Assembly: GCA_040437565.1 (NCBI GenBank)
Contig: JBDOQK010000006.1
Location: 310,001 to 374,000, forward strand
DNA length: 64,000 nucleotides
Source of the DNA: Albugo candida
Taxonomy: Eukaryota
Direction: 5' to 3'
Part shown: positions 36,600-46,996 of the stretch, one piece after another
Numbering within the stretch: position 1 is the stretch's first letter
Layout of the letters: every line of letters starts with the position of its first letter
Position numbers and translations under genes: made by a program
The notes under the pieces: model-generated
What the model was told of the DNA's origin: nothing
The model's input: only the letters and a program-made list of their open reading frames with translations
The model's database searches: none

Positions 36600-37082
36600 C
36601 TATTTTAGTACGAGAAGCACTAGATCTAATTTCCTAAACAAACCGAAGGACAAGCAAAAAGCCGAAAAAGAATATATATACAGGGGTGGAGTATTACCAT
36701 CCTCAATGCCCACCATTCCTCCATTCGCTTGAGAGAAGAGCCGACACAGCGGCAACGATTGCATGAATGCAATCCAGTCGCCTAAAGATGTAGATTTTGT
36801 TTTCGAGCAAAGTCGGCAAACACTGTATAATGTATGCGGTAACTAAGGAATACTGAGGCATAACGGCATAATCAGCGCGTCTTGCAATGTCTTTGCGCCG
36901 ATGGTGTGCGTAAGGATTAAGTGATTCGACGCGGACGACGCTATGCACGGATCCGTCCATTCTGTTCCATACGCGTTTAGCAGAAGTGATTTACAGCATC
37001 CAGACTGCGAGGGACTCAATGCATTCGAGACTTGTATGAGTATGAAAATAATGTACAGCAAAGTGCTAGATATGGTCTCCAA
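36600..37082 (-). pseudogene. Decayed signal-peptide plus Cys-motif secreted protein (CCG/CHxC-effector-like remnant)
   Basis: TTG in place of ATG, hydrophobic leader TLLYIIFILIQVSNA, then CCKSLLLNAYG. One TAG at 36843-36845, after which the same frame stays open for 80 codons and includes YSVCRLC. Confidence 0.4.
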
Positions 37083-39338
37083 ATTCTGTAGCGAAAATTC
37101 GTGATCCCCATGTAGAGCATGCTACTAGGTAACGCAAGCTGGTTCTCATTCTTAATCGAAAGAGTCTTTTTTTGATTCGCGTTCTTTCGATGATACACAT
37201 ATCGCAAATTAAGCCATAAATCAATGCGTGGTTTATCGCTGAACATCGTGAAGATAGAATCGGATGGAAATAAATAATTCCACTCCCCGCGGCCAAATAG
37301 GATTATAGTCTCACCCTCATGCCTCCGTCAGTATTAGAGCGGATCTATGTTTGGCAAATCTCAACGAATACACTGCCAACAAGACCGGGGAAGTATGGAT
37401 GATAAATAGTTCTAGCGATTCGAGCAGATCCCAACTTTTGAACGCAGAAAATACTTCCCTTCTCGTTTTACTTCCAGTCTTCTCCACTCGCTCATTCCAG
37501 CATTGAGGCATGGATGGTACAAAATCATAGACCTACGTTCTAAACCTGACTGACAATTTTAAGTGCTTAAGCGTCAGTGCCGAAATTTGTGCACACTTTT
37601 CTATTCAGCTGAGCCCCAAGTCACCATAACCTTACATTCGGTTCATGGGCTGGACCACGAGCGTGCATTCTAGTTATCGTGTTCTTGTAGCCAGGTAGAC
37701 AAGCAGCTGTGGCTCGTTTCGCTGCTTGGACGAGCTACCACCACTTTAATTCCATTTTTTCTGTTCAAGTCTCTCAGATTCTTGCTGCAATAGCAGAACA
37801 CGATGGGTTGCGCATTAGGTAGCGAGCGTATCATATATTTGTATTAATTTGACACAACACACGGTTGCCATAGGGAAGAACTCGTAGCATCTCGGAAAAA
37901 TGGGAGGCGCGGAAAGCACCTTTGCGTTATATTTATACAATTGCGAAAGATGGCAATGCTACAATTCAGCTCCCATCATGGGTATAGAGTTTTCAAAGAC
38001 CAACTAAATGTGGTATGCCGTACTAAGAAGAAACACTGAACATAGACACCTTCACGTGTGCAGAAAAGGGAAACTGTCGAGACTGTAAGCACCTAATCTT
38101 AAGGGAGGTGTACAGCTTCTTTGATCAAGATGAATGCAATTTGAGGAAGTGAACTCGAGACAGCTTCCTCTTAAGATGCCTTAAAACGTTTACGATAAAT
38201 TATCAACGATACATTCGTTCGTGGTCAAGAATCGGATGGATATCGCTATCGCGTTCCCTTGACACCGAGTTCGCCCGAATGAGATGGTCGATACGTGCAC
38301 GATAAGCCGAGGGTTTATGACGCAGTCTAAACGAACTTTATATTACTGGAACGATGAGATGCGATTTGGATTACTGCATGCATTAGCTAAGCACATGGAT
38401 GTGATCAACAGATTTGCCCTGTTTCGGGTTTTAAACGTCGCTGGTGACATCACAGATAAGCATAACGAAGGTCACTTTCCTTACAAAGACGTAATTATTT
38501 GAGTGACCCCGCATCGTCAAGCACTATTTCAGGCGAAGAAAGCGCGTATTAATTTGATCATTTCTCTGAGGGGCAACCTCGTTACGATTCGAAATTGATA
38601 GAATTATCCTGCATCGAGGACTATTGCCAAATCCAGCTCAACATTTCTTGGCTTCTTGTGACGGCTACTTTACTCGTAATCCTGCATGGGATTACGATTG
38701 CGAAGAGTTCACGCGTAGTTGACTTTCAGCCCACACAGCACTCAAAATCGAGAAAACACTATGGAGGTATAAGGACCAGGATTACTGCTCGACTAGAGTT
38801 GAATGAAGATTATACGTCTCATTGCACAGATAGCTGAAGACTTATACGATGTGCGAACATATTCTCCCTGTTGCAGAGTGGGCAACTCCCCAATGATCGG
38901 TTCGCTTGTACACTACAAGCTCCATGTGTGAATTTGTTGCTGAGCATTATACTTATGTCCGTGGTATGGTGTGAAAGGATATCGCCATTTCCCTTCTAGA
39001 TGTTTCTCGTGTTGGGCCGATCTGCGATAGCTCAACGCGTGAGATTACTACCATTCGGACGATCTCATCGCATATGATGCTGTTCCGAATTATCTCTTGT
39101 CAGTGTCGCATATCACACAGAACTCGATAAGCTAAGAATAAAAATGGTTCACTTTAAACGCTTCGTATATGTAGTGTCCTAATTGTCTGCATCCCGAATC
39201 TTTCGAATATCCAGTAATTTCGACATCTTTAAAACGGCAAGACTGTCAGGAATCAGGAACTTCATGTTTGATGACGTACAAAGTCTTATCACTCTCCTCC
39301 AGAGGCTTTGTTGCCATATTAGATCCGCTGTCCGAACA

Positions 39339-39611
39339 CTAATTGGTTCTTCCTGTTGAATGTGTGTTCGGTTCAGTCGAAGTATAACGAGAATTTAGCG
39401 CACGATATTTCTTCATTTGAATCACGCCGATCAAATCACGGATGATAAAACGACCCTTTTTTATAGCTTTTTTTATTTCTGTCATATCTTTAAGATGACT
39501 ATTCTGCATAAACGCATGTTTCGCTTTTTCACGTACATATGCGAGACCCAAGGGATAGTCTCTACCTATGTACAGAAATCTTTTGTACAAATCACGGACT
39601 TTGGGGTCCAT
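39339..39611 (-). CDS. LYR-motif protein, LYRM5/ETFRF1-like
   Basis: MDPKVRDLYKRFLYIGRDYPLG..VREKAK.AF..N..KKYRAL..RY. Confidence 0.85.
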   Translation of the reverse strand: MDPKVRDLYKRFLYIGRDYPLGLAYVREKAKHAFMQNSHLKDMTEIKKAIKKGRFIIRDLIGVIQMKKYRALNSRYTSTEPNTHSTGRTN

Positions 39612-39711
39612 TTTCTTCTCTCGATCTTGTAGTGTCACACTCGGGAGACATTCGGTACCACACTAAGGCGAGAGCGGAAGGACGCCATGCCAGTTCATGG
39701 CTGTTATGATT

Positions 39712-40407
39712 CTATTCTATCCGTGACACTTGCACGGGGACCGGTAGTCCAGTAGTCTGACCCAGTGGACGTTCGGAGGTTTGTCCATCTGCGCAAATGA
39801 ATCGTCCTCGGCGCCTTGGGCGACTATCTGCTAGCTTTTTTCGGCGGAAGTATTTTATGCTTCTTCTCCAATTGCGATTTTTGCGTTTTTCAAGAAAACG
39901 AAGAATGCGAAGCTTTCTCTCTTCGGGGGTGTATCCACCAATTCGATTTGAGCTACGGATAAAATTCTTGACTGAGACGGTTTTGAGCTCATTCGACACG
40001 ATGGAATTATGTTTTGCCTTCACTTTTCCATTCGAATCACCTCCTCTGCTATTTGGTAGTCCGCATGGATGAATACTGACATTTGTGGGCGGTCGGGCGG
40101 AATTTGACGAAACATTGCATGGTACGCCACGTCTTGCTCGTAAACGGCTATCGTTATTTTGTGCCTCCCAGCTAGGATCTGAAAACAGTCTCCGCGTGGT
40201 ATTTGATGACTCTTTCATCCAGTTGGTGGGGCTAACACACTTATCGAATGGAACTGTTGAAGGGAAGAGAAATGAGTTGCTTCCCCAATTCGGATTGTGC
40301 TCGTCAACACACCATGGTAGATTCGGTAATTCGTCATCTCCGAGCCAATCAAGATCCCACAAAAGCTGATTTTCTGATTCTTTGAAGAAATAATTCCAAT
40401 TGTCCAT
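39712..40407 (-). CDS. CCT-domain protein
   Basis: IGGYTPEERKLRILRFLEKRKNRNWRRSIKYFRRKKLADSRPRRRGRF matches the CCT motif pattern; acidic/aromatic N-terminus. Confidence 0.8.
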   Translation of the reverse strand: MDNWNYFFKESENQLLWDLDWLGDDELPNLPWCVDEHNPNWGSNSFLFPSTVPFDKCVSPTNWMKESSNTTRRLFSDPSWEAQNNDSRLRARRGVPCNVSSNSARPPTNVSIHPCGLPNSRGGDSNGKVKAKHNSIVSNELKTVSVKNFIRSSNRIGGYTPEERKLRILRFLEKRKNRNWRRSIKYFRRKKLADSRPRRRGRFICADGQTSERPLGQTTGLPVPVQVSRIE

Positions 40408-40753
40408 ACTTGAATCTTATCTCGATAAAATTTCCAATGTCACCAAGTTGGTAAGTCGTTAATGACAGTGGATTATGATACTCGGACTGCTTGCTTTAAC
40501 TGGAAAGTACAGAATGATAGATGGAATAGTGTAATTGAAGCGGCTGTTCTTGCCAACTTGATCGTTGCACTAAGCAGATAGTATATCGAGTTCTCTCGCG
40601 GCCTGACGATAATCATGTGATATAGGATTGCCATTTAATGATATAGAACAAACCTTCGAGAGATTGTTGTCAAACTATTGAGCAACTTTCTCGACTTGAT
40701 GTGGACAAAGCATCACGGTATTCATCCCGGTCTTGGGTTCATCCACACTAATC

Positions 40754-42274
40754 ATGACAATGCTCTGCGTGCTTCGTCGCTCAACCGCTCGTCTCAATGC
40801 ATCGATGCCCAGCATTATCTCTAGAAGTTACTCTGCATCAAGTACAGCCTGGAATCACAGTTTTTCGTTTTTGAAAGATAAGGATCCAATAGAATGCAAT
40901 ATTTCTGAGAGCATAGCGTCGAAAATTGGCATAAACTTGCATCAAAAACCTGATCATCCTATCTGCATTATCAAGAAAAAGATTGAGAGCTACTTTAACT
41001 CGCTACCCAAGTTTGTACCTCTCAAATTAAACAAATTTGTTTGCAATGCATTACCTGTTATGATTACAGCGGTCCTCGATTCACTTTTTATGACAATTTG
41101 AGTCCTTTTGTCTCCGTCCAGCATTGCTTTGACAAAATGCTGATCCCTAAAGATCACATCAGTCGTCGTAGTACTGACAGCTACTACCTTAATGCCGATA
41201 CGGTACTACGAACGCACATGAGTGCACACGATATAGAGCTGATACAAAGAGGAGACCGAGCGTTTTTAGCGACTGGAGACGTATACCGAAGAGACGCAAT
41301 TGATGCATGTCACTATCCTGTGTTTCATCAAATGGACGCAGTGCGATTTGATCCAAACGTAAGGCGATCTGAATGCTCATAACGCGCGCATTCGGTAGCT
41401 AAAGCTGACTTACATATAGCTAGTGCATAAGGCAACGCGCGAGGAGAAAGTGGATATTGTCAAAAATGATCTGAAGCAAACACTTGAAGGAATGATCGTC
41501 GCACTTTTCGGGCAAGTCGATACGCGCTGGGTCGATGCATACTTTCCGTTCACAGAACCTAGCTACGAGTTGGAAATTTACTTTGAGGTGAGCATCTTGC
41601 GATTTGTTATTATGCGAAGTGTTGAGTGGATTTTGGTTGACACGTGGCAGGGACAATGGTTGGAAGTTCTTGGCTGTGGTGTGTTACAGCAGCAGATTAT
41701 TCGGGATGCTGGAATGGGAGAGGAAGTAGCTTGGGCATTCGGATTAGGTTTGGAACGGCTGGCAATGGTGCTATTTAAGATCCCAGACATTCGATTGTTC
41801 TGGTCACAGGACGAGCGGTTCTTGTCTCAGTTTCGTGAGGGTACCATCACGAATTTCAAACCCTACAGCCAATACCCTGAATGCTACAAAGACGTCAGTT
41901 TCTGGCATGAGACTGACACATTTCACGAGAACGATTTGTTTGAGATAATTCGCAATATTGCGGGAGATCTCGTTGAAAAGGTCTGTGATGGATATATCAG
42001 CCATACTGGCTTCGCCACCTCACCTCGTTTTTTCTCGTATAAGGTTATTTTGGTCGACGAGTTCTGTCATCCAAAAACACAGCGACAGAGTAAATGCTTT
42101 CGAATTATGTATCGCCACATGGATCGTAATCTGACCAACGCAGAAGTAGATCAAGTACAGGTCTGTCTATCAATGCATAGTACGCGTCACTAATCTCACT
42201 AAATTGTGTGTTTATGTCATCAGAAACAAGTGCGTGATCAATTGCACGTACAATTGAAACTGGACCTTCGCTGA
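40754..42274 (+). CDS. FARS2: Mitochondrial (monomeric) phenylalanyl-tRNA synthetase, multi-exon
   Basis: Arg/Ser-rich presequence; LRTHMSAH, GDVYRRDAIDACHYPVFHQMD, YFPFTEPSYELEI, WLEVLGCG, WAFGLGLERLAM, IPDIRLFWS; C-terminal FDX-ACB (YKDVSFW..HPKTQRQSKCFRIMYR); stop TGA 42272-42274. Confidence 0.95.
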
Positions 42275-42348
42275 AAGCAAATAGCAAGTGCTACGATCAA
42301 GAATGAGCAATAGAGAACGCAGGCATGTAGATCGTGGAAAAATGACAT

Positions 42349-43344
42349 TCATATTGTGGTATTGCCACTATAAAATCTGATAAGACGTGTTCTTTGATCA
42401 AATTCGGTTTTAAACTCCTCCAGATGTAATTTCCCAGTTTCAATGTTTTTCGAAACGCGACCCAAGTAAGGGATTCCTGTCAGTTGCAGCACTTTTTCGC
42501 CAAATTCTTTGTTTCGGAAGGAATTGTCCGTGCTATCCCATTCCTCGTACGAGTTGGAAACGATGACTTTTAGCATCACAGCCGAATCCGGGGCAGTGGT
42601 GTTAAAGTAGTACATGGTGGCGACTTCAGCCCGATCACAAAAAGGGCACCAAAGTCTCCCATTGAATTTGTGCCGGCCTGAAATGAAATTTATGAACAAT
42701 GGGTACGTGTTATCGTACTTGTCCAAGTAGTCGATGACATCTTTCGCATTATAGAACATGAAGACATGATTTTTGCGGTAGGTGATCAGTGTGGGCACAC
42801 GAAATACATAATCCAATAGCTCCTTATCCAAGCAAAAATTCTCCGTAAGCATGTTTGAAGAGTTCCCATTTCCATCGTAACGCATCACTGTTGGGATATT
42901 ATCGATGTAAAATAATTGATTTTGTCGAAATTCATTTTGCATATCTTTCCATTCGGCACGATCACCAACATAAATTTCTAATAAAGTTGAGTCCATAGGA
43001 GCGCGAGTAAAAGCTCTTTCAATCGGAGCTTTAGCGCGTCGACAGTCGCTGCACCAATAGTTACCGTCCTCATCAAGACTGCTCACGAATAACAAATACA
43101 AGTGACCGCTTTTCTGTACGTCATACTCGCTCACGAATTTGTGAGCATCCGGGAATCCATCGATTGTGAGTTTTCGTTTAATCAACTGAGTGGATGTCGG
43201 CGGCATATCAGCGAAAGGATTTGTCGTCACCGAGACGAATCTGTAGACACACATCATCGAGATGAGTGTCAGGAACGCGAATGCTACCTGCATTAGTCGC
43301 ATGTTTGTGAGCGCACTTTGCGTTTTGGTCCCACTGGATTTCAT
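42349..43344 (-). CDS. Membrane-anchored protein with two TRP14/TXNDC17 (DUF953)-like thioredoxin domains
   Basis: N-terminal hydrophobic segment VAFAFLTLISMMCVY; active-site motifs WCSDC and WCPFC, each followed by TRP14-like features (VGDRAEWKD..N.FR..IPT; V.N...W....N.FR..GIPYL). Confidence 0.82.
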   Translation of the reverse strand: MKSSGTKTQSALTNMRLMQVAFAFLTLISMMCVYRFVSVTTNPFADMPPTSTQLIKRKLTIDGFPDAHKFVSEYDVQKSGHLYLLFVSSLDEDGNYWCSDCRRAKAPIERAFTRAPMDSTLLEIYVGDRAEWKDMQNEFRQNQLFYIDNIPTVMRYDGNGNSSNMLTENFCLDKELLDYVFRVPTLITYRKNHVFMFYNAKDVIDYLDKYDNTYPLFINFISGRHKFNGRLWCPFCDRAEVATMYYFNTTAPDSAVMLKVIVSNSYEEWDSTDNSFRNKEFGEKVLQLTGIPYLGRVSKNIETGKLHLEEFKTEFDQRTRLIRFYSGNTTI

Positions 43345-44270
43345 AACGTGTCCGCTGAGTAAGAAATTCTCCCGGTTGAGATTAAACGGTGTAATTATGG
43401 AACACTGTCTCGCCTCTACTTTTTACTGTGGCACGCCCCAATCTAAATATCGTTTATATTTCGAAATTGATGAGGCGAAACTAAAACTAGTTGGCATTTT
43501 CTGGCGATTTTGGTGGTCCTCCGCCCGGAAAAATAGTTCTCTGCCTTCATCTACTTGGACTTGTAGAATGCTGTTCAAATTGACCATACGGTGCAGCTGT
43601 GAAAGCCAGTGGTATAGAATTGTCACCATGCGACAACTAGTTACCTGCTGGTTTCTTGCTGTTTGTCGCGAAACGTCTTCTTTCCGCAAGAACCCATCAA
43701 TCACTCATTAACTGTATANNNNNNNNNNNNNNNNNNNNNNNNNNNNNNNNNNNNNNNNNNNNNNNNNNNNNNNNNNNNNNNNNNNNNNNNNNNNNNNNNN
43801 NNNNNNNNNNNNNNNNNNTGTCAGGAACGCGAATGCTACCTGCATTAGTCGCATGTTTGTGAGCGCACTTTGCGTTTTGGTCCCACTGGATTTCATAACG
43901 TGTCCGCTGAGTAAGAAATTCTCCCGGTTGAGATTAAACGGTGTAATTATGGAACACTGTCTCGCCTCTACTTTTTACTGTGGCACGCCCCAATCTAAAT
44001 ATCGTTTATATTTCGAAATTGATGAGGCGAAACTAAAACTAGTTGGCATTTTCTGGCGATTTTGGTGGTCCTCCGCCCGGAAAAATAGTTCTCTGCCTTC
44101 ATCTACTTGGACTTGTAGAATGCTGTTCAAATTGACCATACGGTGCAGCTGTGAAAGCCAGTGGTATAGAATTGTCACCATGCGACAACTAGTTACCTGC
44201 TGGTTTCTTGCTGTTTGTCGCGAAACGTCTTCTTTCCGCAAGAACCCATCAATCACTCATTAACTGTATA
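43267..44270. other. 100-N scaffold gap with 452-bp flanking duplication
   Basis: 43267-43718 is repeated at 43819-44270. Confidence 0.92.
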
Positions 44271-44379
44271 GACGGAAGAGGAAGCGTATCTTTTTGAAAA
44301 GCAGTACAAATTCTTTGACTGCGACATCTTCAAATAATAACTTGCGTTAAGTCATCGAAAGAATTTGACTTGAATTCCG

Positions 44380-45750
44380 ATGAAATCTCCCAGTCCACAT
44401 CCTGCGATTTACAGTAATTCCCTGGAGCAATTTCATGGAGTACGAAAGTTCTGGGAACAACAAATTGCGAATAGCAGTTCATCCTTGAGCAAACAGCAAG
44501 ATATATCGACTCCTCCTCCCTTGACAGAAACGCTCACACCGTTAAATACTTGCATACAAGACATCAAGACACGTCAAGAACGAGTCCAAACACTCGACGC
44601 CTGGAATCCAACCGTCATAGCGTGTCGTGAACGAGGTCATACTATGTCCAAGATTGAGATTGTTCCACATCGTGATAACGTGAGAGATTCCCCAAAATTT
44701 GCATTAGGAGATCGAAGCTTTTTGTCGGCAAAGATGCAATCCGTGCTAGTCACATTAAAAAGGAAAATTGACTTCTCTTCACCAAGTGGAAGTCCGGTTA
44801 CCATCGCAAACGTGCCAAGTACCCCGAGAGTACAGAAGGGTGCAAACGAGGTTGATAATGGGCTTGATTCTGGTGTCAAACACTCTCAACAGACCAGAAC
44901 ACTTTTTTCAAAATTAGATATGGTGAAGACGACACTGTCAGGATGGAAAGGTGGAAGCGGATCCAAGCCTACAAGCCCTGAAGCACGTCGTATCGAGACA
45001 CCGTGCCCTGAAGCCTACAATGTGCACCATCCTGTCAACTCCATTAAAAAATGGTCAAAAAATGCTGCTAATGATATGGACAGTTGTGCACTATTGGCCG
45101 AGTTGATTGTGATTGATGCCATAGCCATCAGCGACTTGGAACCGGTGACGGCTTTGGAGGGAGAAAGCTGTCTACCGTATCTGGTCATAAATGTTGATAC
45201 TTCTATGCGGAAGACTAGAAAGCTGCAAAATACCCAGGCATCAAAATTTGAAGAGCGCTTCGTATTTCTGAGCTCGCTAAAACCCGGTTTGCACGACAAA
45301 GAATTGATGTCTGTAGCAGTAATGAATGAGAATAGTGCTGAACCGGGCAAGCATATCGGACAAGTCTACATCGACCTCTGTGTTGCTCAAAACGAATCTT
45401 TTGCTGGCTGGTACACTCTTACAGATGCCGATCACAGACATTGTGGCAGCGTTTATATTGTGTTTCGGCGACTGCCGATTACAACTGTCGAGGCTCTCGC
45501 TGCAGCGAAAGAGTTAGCTTCTGCAGAAAGGAGTTTGAATTCCACTGATAAAGACGATTACCACAGCATACTCCCGGATGTATGGCCTTCCTATAGTGAA
45601 CAACCTGCCTCGCATGACGAAGATCATTCTGCATCATCACCAGGAGGAGCATCGTCATGGCCTCTGAATGGCCTTAAGCGAAAATTAACTTGGGGGAGAT
45701 ATGGAGACATCGATGCGAGAACGGAGAATCCACGCAGAAATGTCTTTTAG
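44380..45750 (+). CDS. C2-domain-containing protein with a disordered N-terminus
   Basis: 456-aa ORF; C2-like pattern PYLVINV..RKT..FEERFVF..VAVMNE..IGQVYIDL..WYTL..GSVYI. Confidence 0.7.
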   Translation: MKSPSPHPAIYSNSLEQFHGVRKFWEQQIANSSSSLSKQQDISTPPPLTETLTPLNTCIQDIKTRQERVQTLDAWNPTVIACRERGHTMSKIEIVPHRDNVRDSPKFALGDRSFLSAKMQSVLVTLKRKIDFSSPSGSPVTIANVPSTPRVQKGANEVDNGLDSGVKHSQQTRTLFSKLDMVKTTLSGWKGGSGSKPTSPEARRIETPCPEAYNVHHPVNSIKKWSKNAANDMDSCALLAELIVIDAIAISDLEPVTALEGESCLPYLVINVDTSMRKTRKLQNTQASKFEERFVFLSSLKPGLHDKELMSVAVMNENSAEPGKHIGQVYIDLCVAQNESFAGWYTLTDADHRHCGSVYIVFRRLPITTVEALAAAKELASAERSLNSTDKDDYHSILPDVWPSYSEQPASHDEDHSASSPGGASSWPLNGLKRKLTWGRYGDIDARTENPRRNVF

Positions 45751-45766
45751 TGTTTTATTAAGTCCG

Positions 45767-46876
45767 CTAATTCTTTGATTTTGATTTGATTTCTGACATG
45801 TCTCCTTCCACCATCTCTTTAACTAACTGAGAGAAGTTGACAGTGGGTGACCAGCCAAGTATTGTGCGGGCCTTTGTAGCATCTCCGACGAGATGATCTA
45901 CTTCTGTTGGTCGGAAATATTTAGGATCAACACGTACCAGGACGCGATTGGTATGACTATCGATGCCGACTTCTTCCACAGAGCCACGCATTCCTTGCCA
46001 TACAACTAGGATGCCAACATGCGAGAAAGCAAGCTCCACAAACTCACGGACCGAATGCGCTTCTCCTGTAGCCACGACAAAATCTTGAGGATCATTATGC
46101 TGCATCATTCTCCACATACATTCGACATAGTCTCTTGCATGACCCCAGTCTCGTTTAGCATCCAAATTTCCAAGATAGAGGCAATCTTGATACCCTTCAT
46201 TGATGCGTACAACCGCGCGGGTAATCTTGCGAGTCACGAATGTTAGCCCCCGGCGTGGACTCTCGTGATTAAATAAGATTCCATTCACTGCAAATATTTT
46301 ATATGCTTCTCTGTAATTAACGACCGACCAATATGCAAATTGCTTTGCAACACCGTACGGAGATCGCGGGTAAAAAACCGTCTGTTCATTTTGTGGCGTT
46401 TCTCGAGCGTTCCCGTAGAGCTCACTCGTGGAAGCTTGATAAAACCGCACCGTGTCTTCCATCTTGCATGTACGAATACAATTTAATAATCGTAGAGTGC
46501 CGAGTGCATTCACATCGGCAGTGTATTCTGGCAACTCAAAGGATACTCGTACATGGGAGAGCGCACCTAAACTATATATTTCATGAGGTCTTACGGTTGC
46601 CACAATATGACAAAGTCTTGAAGAATCAGTAAGATCACCATAATGCAGGAATAACGACACATCCTTACAGTGAGGGTCTTTGTACAAATGATCAATGCGA
46701 TTTGTGTTAAAATTCGATGCTCGTCGTATTATTCCATGCACAATATAATTTTTGGAAAGTAAGAGTTCGGCAAGGTATGATCCATCTTGACCTGTGATTC
46801 CAGTTATAAGCGCTATTTTACGCATTGCTGGTTCAATTTTCGGTACTGAGGTATTCTCATTCACAAATCTGGTCAT
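45767..46876 (-). CDS. GMD: GDP-mannose 4,6-dehydratase
   Basis: [77 protein letters not shown]. Confidence 0.97.
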   Translation of the reverse strand: MTRFVNENTSVPKIEPAMRKIALITGITGQDGSYLAELLLSKNYIVHGIIRRASNFNTNRIDHLYKDPHCKDVSLFLHYGDLTDSSRLCHIVATVRPHEIYSLGALSHVRVSFELPEYTADVNALGTLRLLNCIRTCKMEDTVRFYQASTSELYGNARETPQNEQTVFYPRSPYGVAKQFAYWSVVNYREAYKIFAVNGILFNHESPRRGLTFVTRKITRAVVRINEGYQDCLYLGNLDAKRDWGHARDYVECMWRMMQHNDPQDFVVATGEAHSVREFVELAFSHVGILVVWQGMRGSVEEVGIDSHTNRVLVRVDPKYFRPTEVDHLVGDATKARTILGWSPTVNFSQLVKEMVEGDMSEIKSKSKN

Positions 46877-46920
46877 GAGTAGCCATTTTTGTATTTATAA
46901 CCACTTGTACTTATTCATCA

Positions 46921-46934
46921 AATTGGATTGGCTG
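46921..46934. promoter_or_regulatory. Putative CCAAT box (ATTGG twice) in the shared GMD/IMPDH upstream region
   Basis: aattggattggctg lies in the 120-bp gap between divergent ATGs at 46876 and 46997. Confidence 0.45.
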
Positions 46935-46996
46935 TAAACCCTTTGTTCGGATTCACTGGCCAAAAGCTCTCATCACACTTGACTCTGATACTTATC

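Noticed and set aside
38091..38180. Imperfect nested inverted repeats (atcttaag..cttaagat; gaggaag..cttcctc)
   Set aside because: Arms are only 7-8 bp and there is no second copy in the window to support a MITE or miRNA.
43262..44263. Apparent duplicated 136-149-aa and 93-aa ORFs
   Set aside because: They are identical copies created by the gap overlap, lie in the thioredoxin upstream region and have no protein-like motifs.
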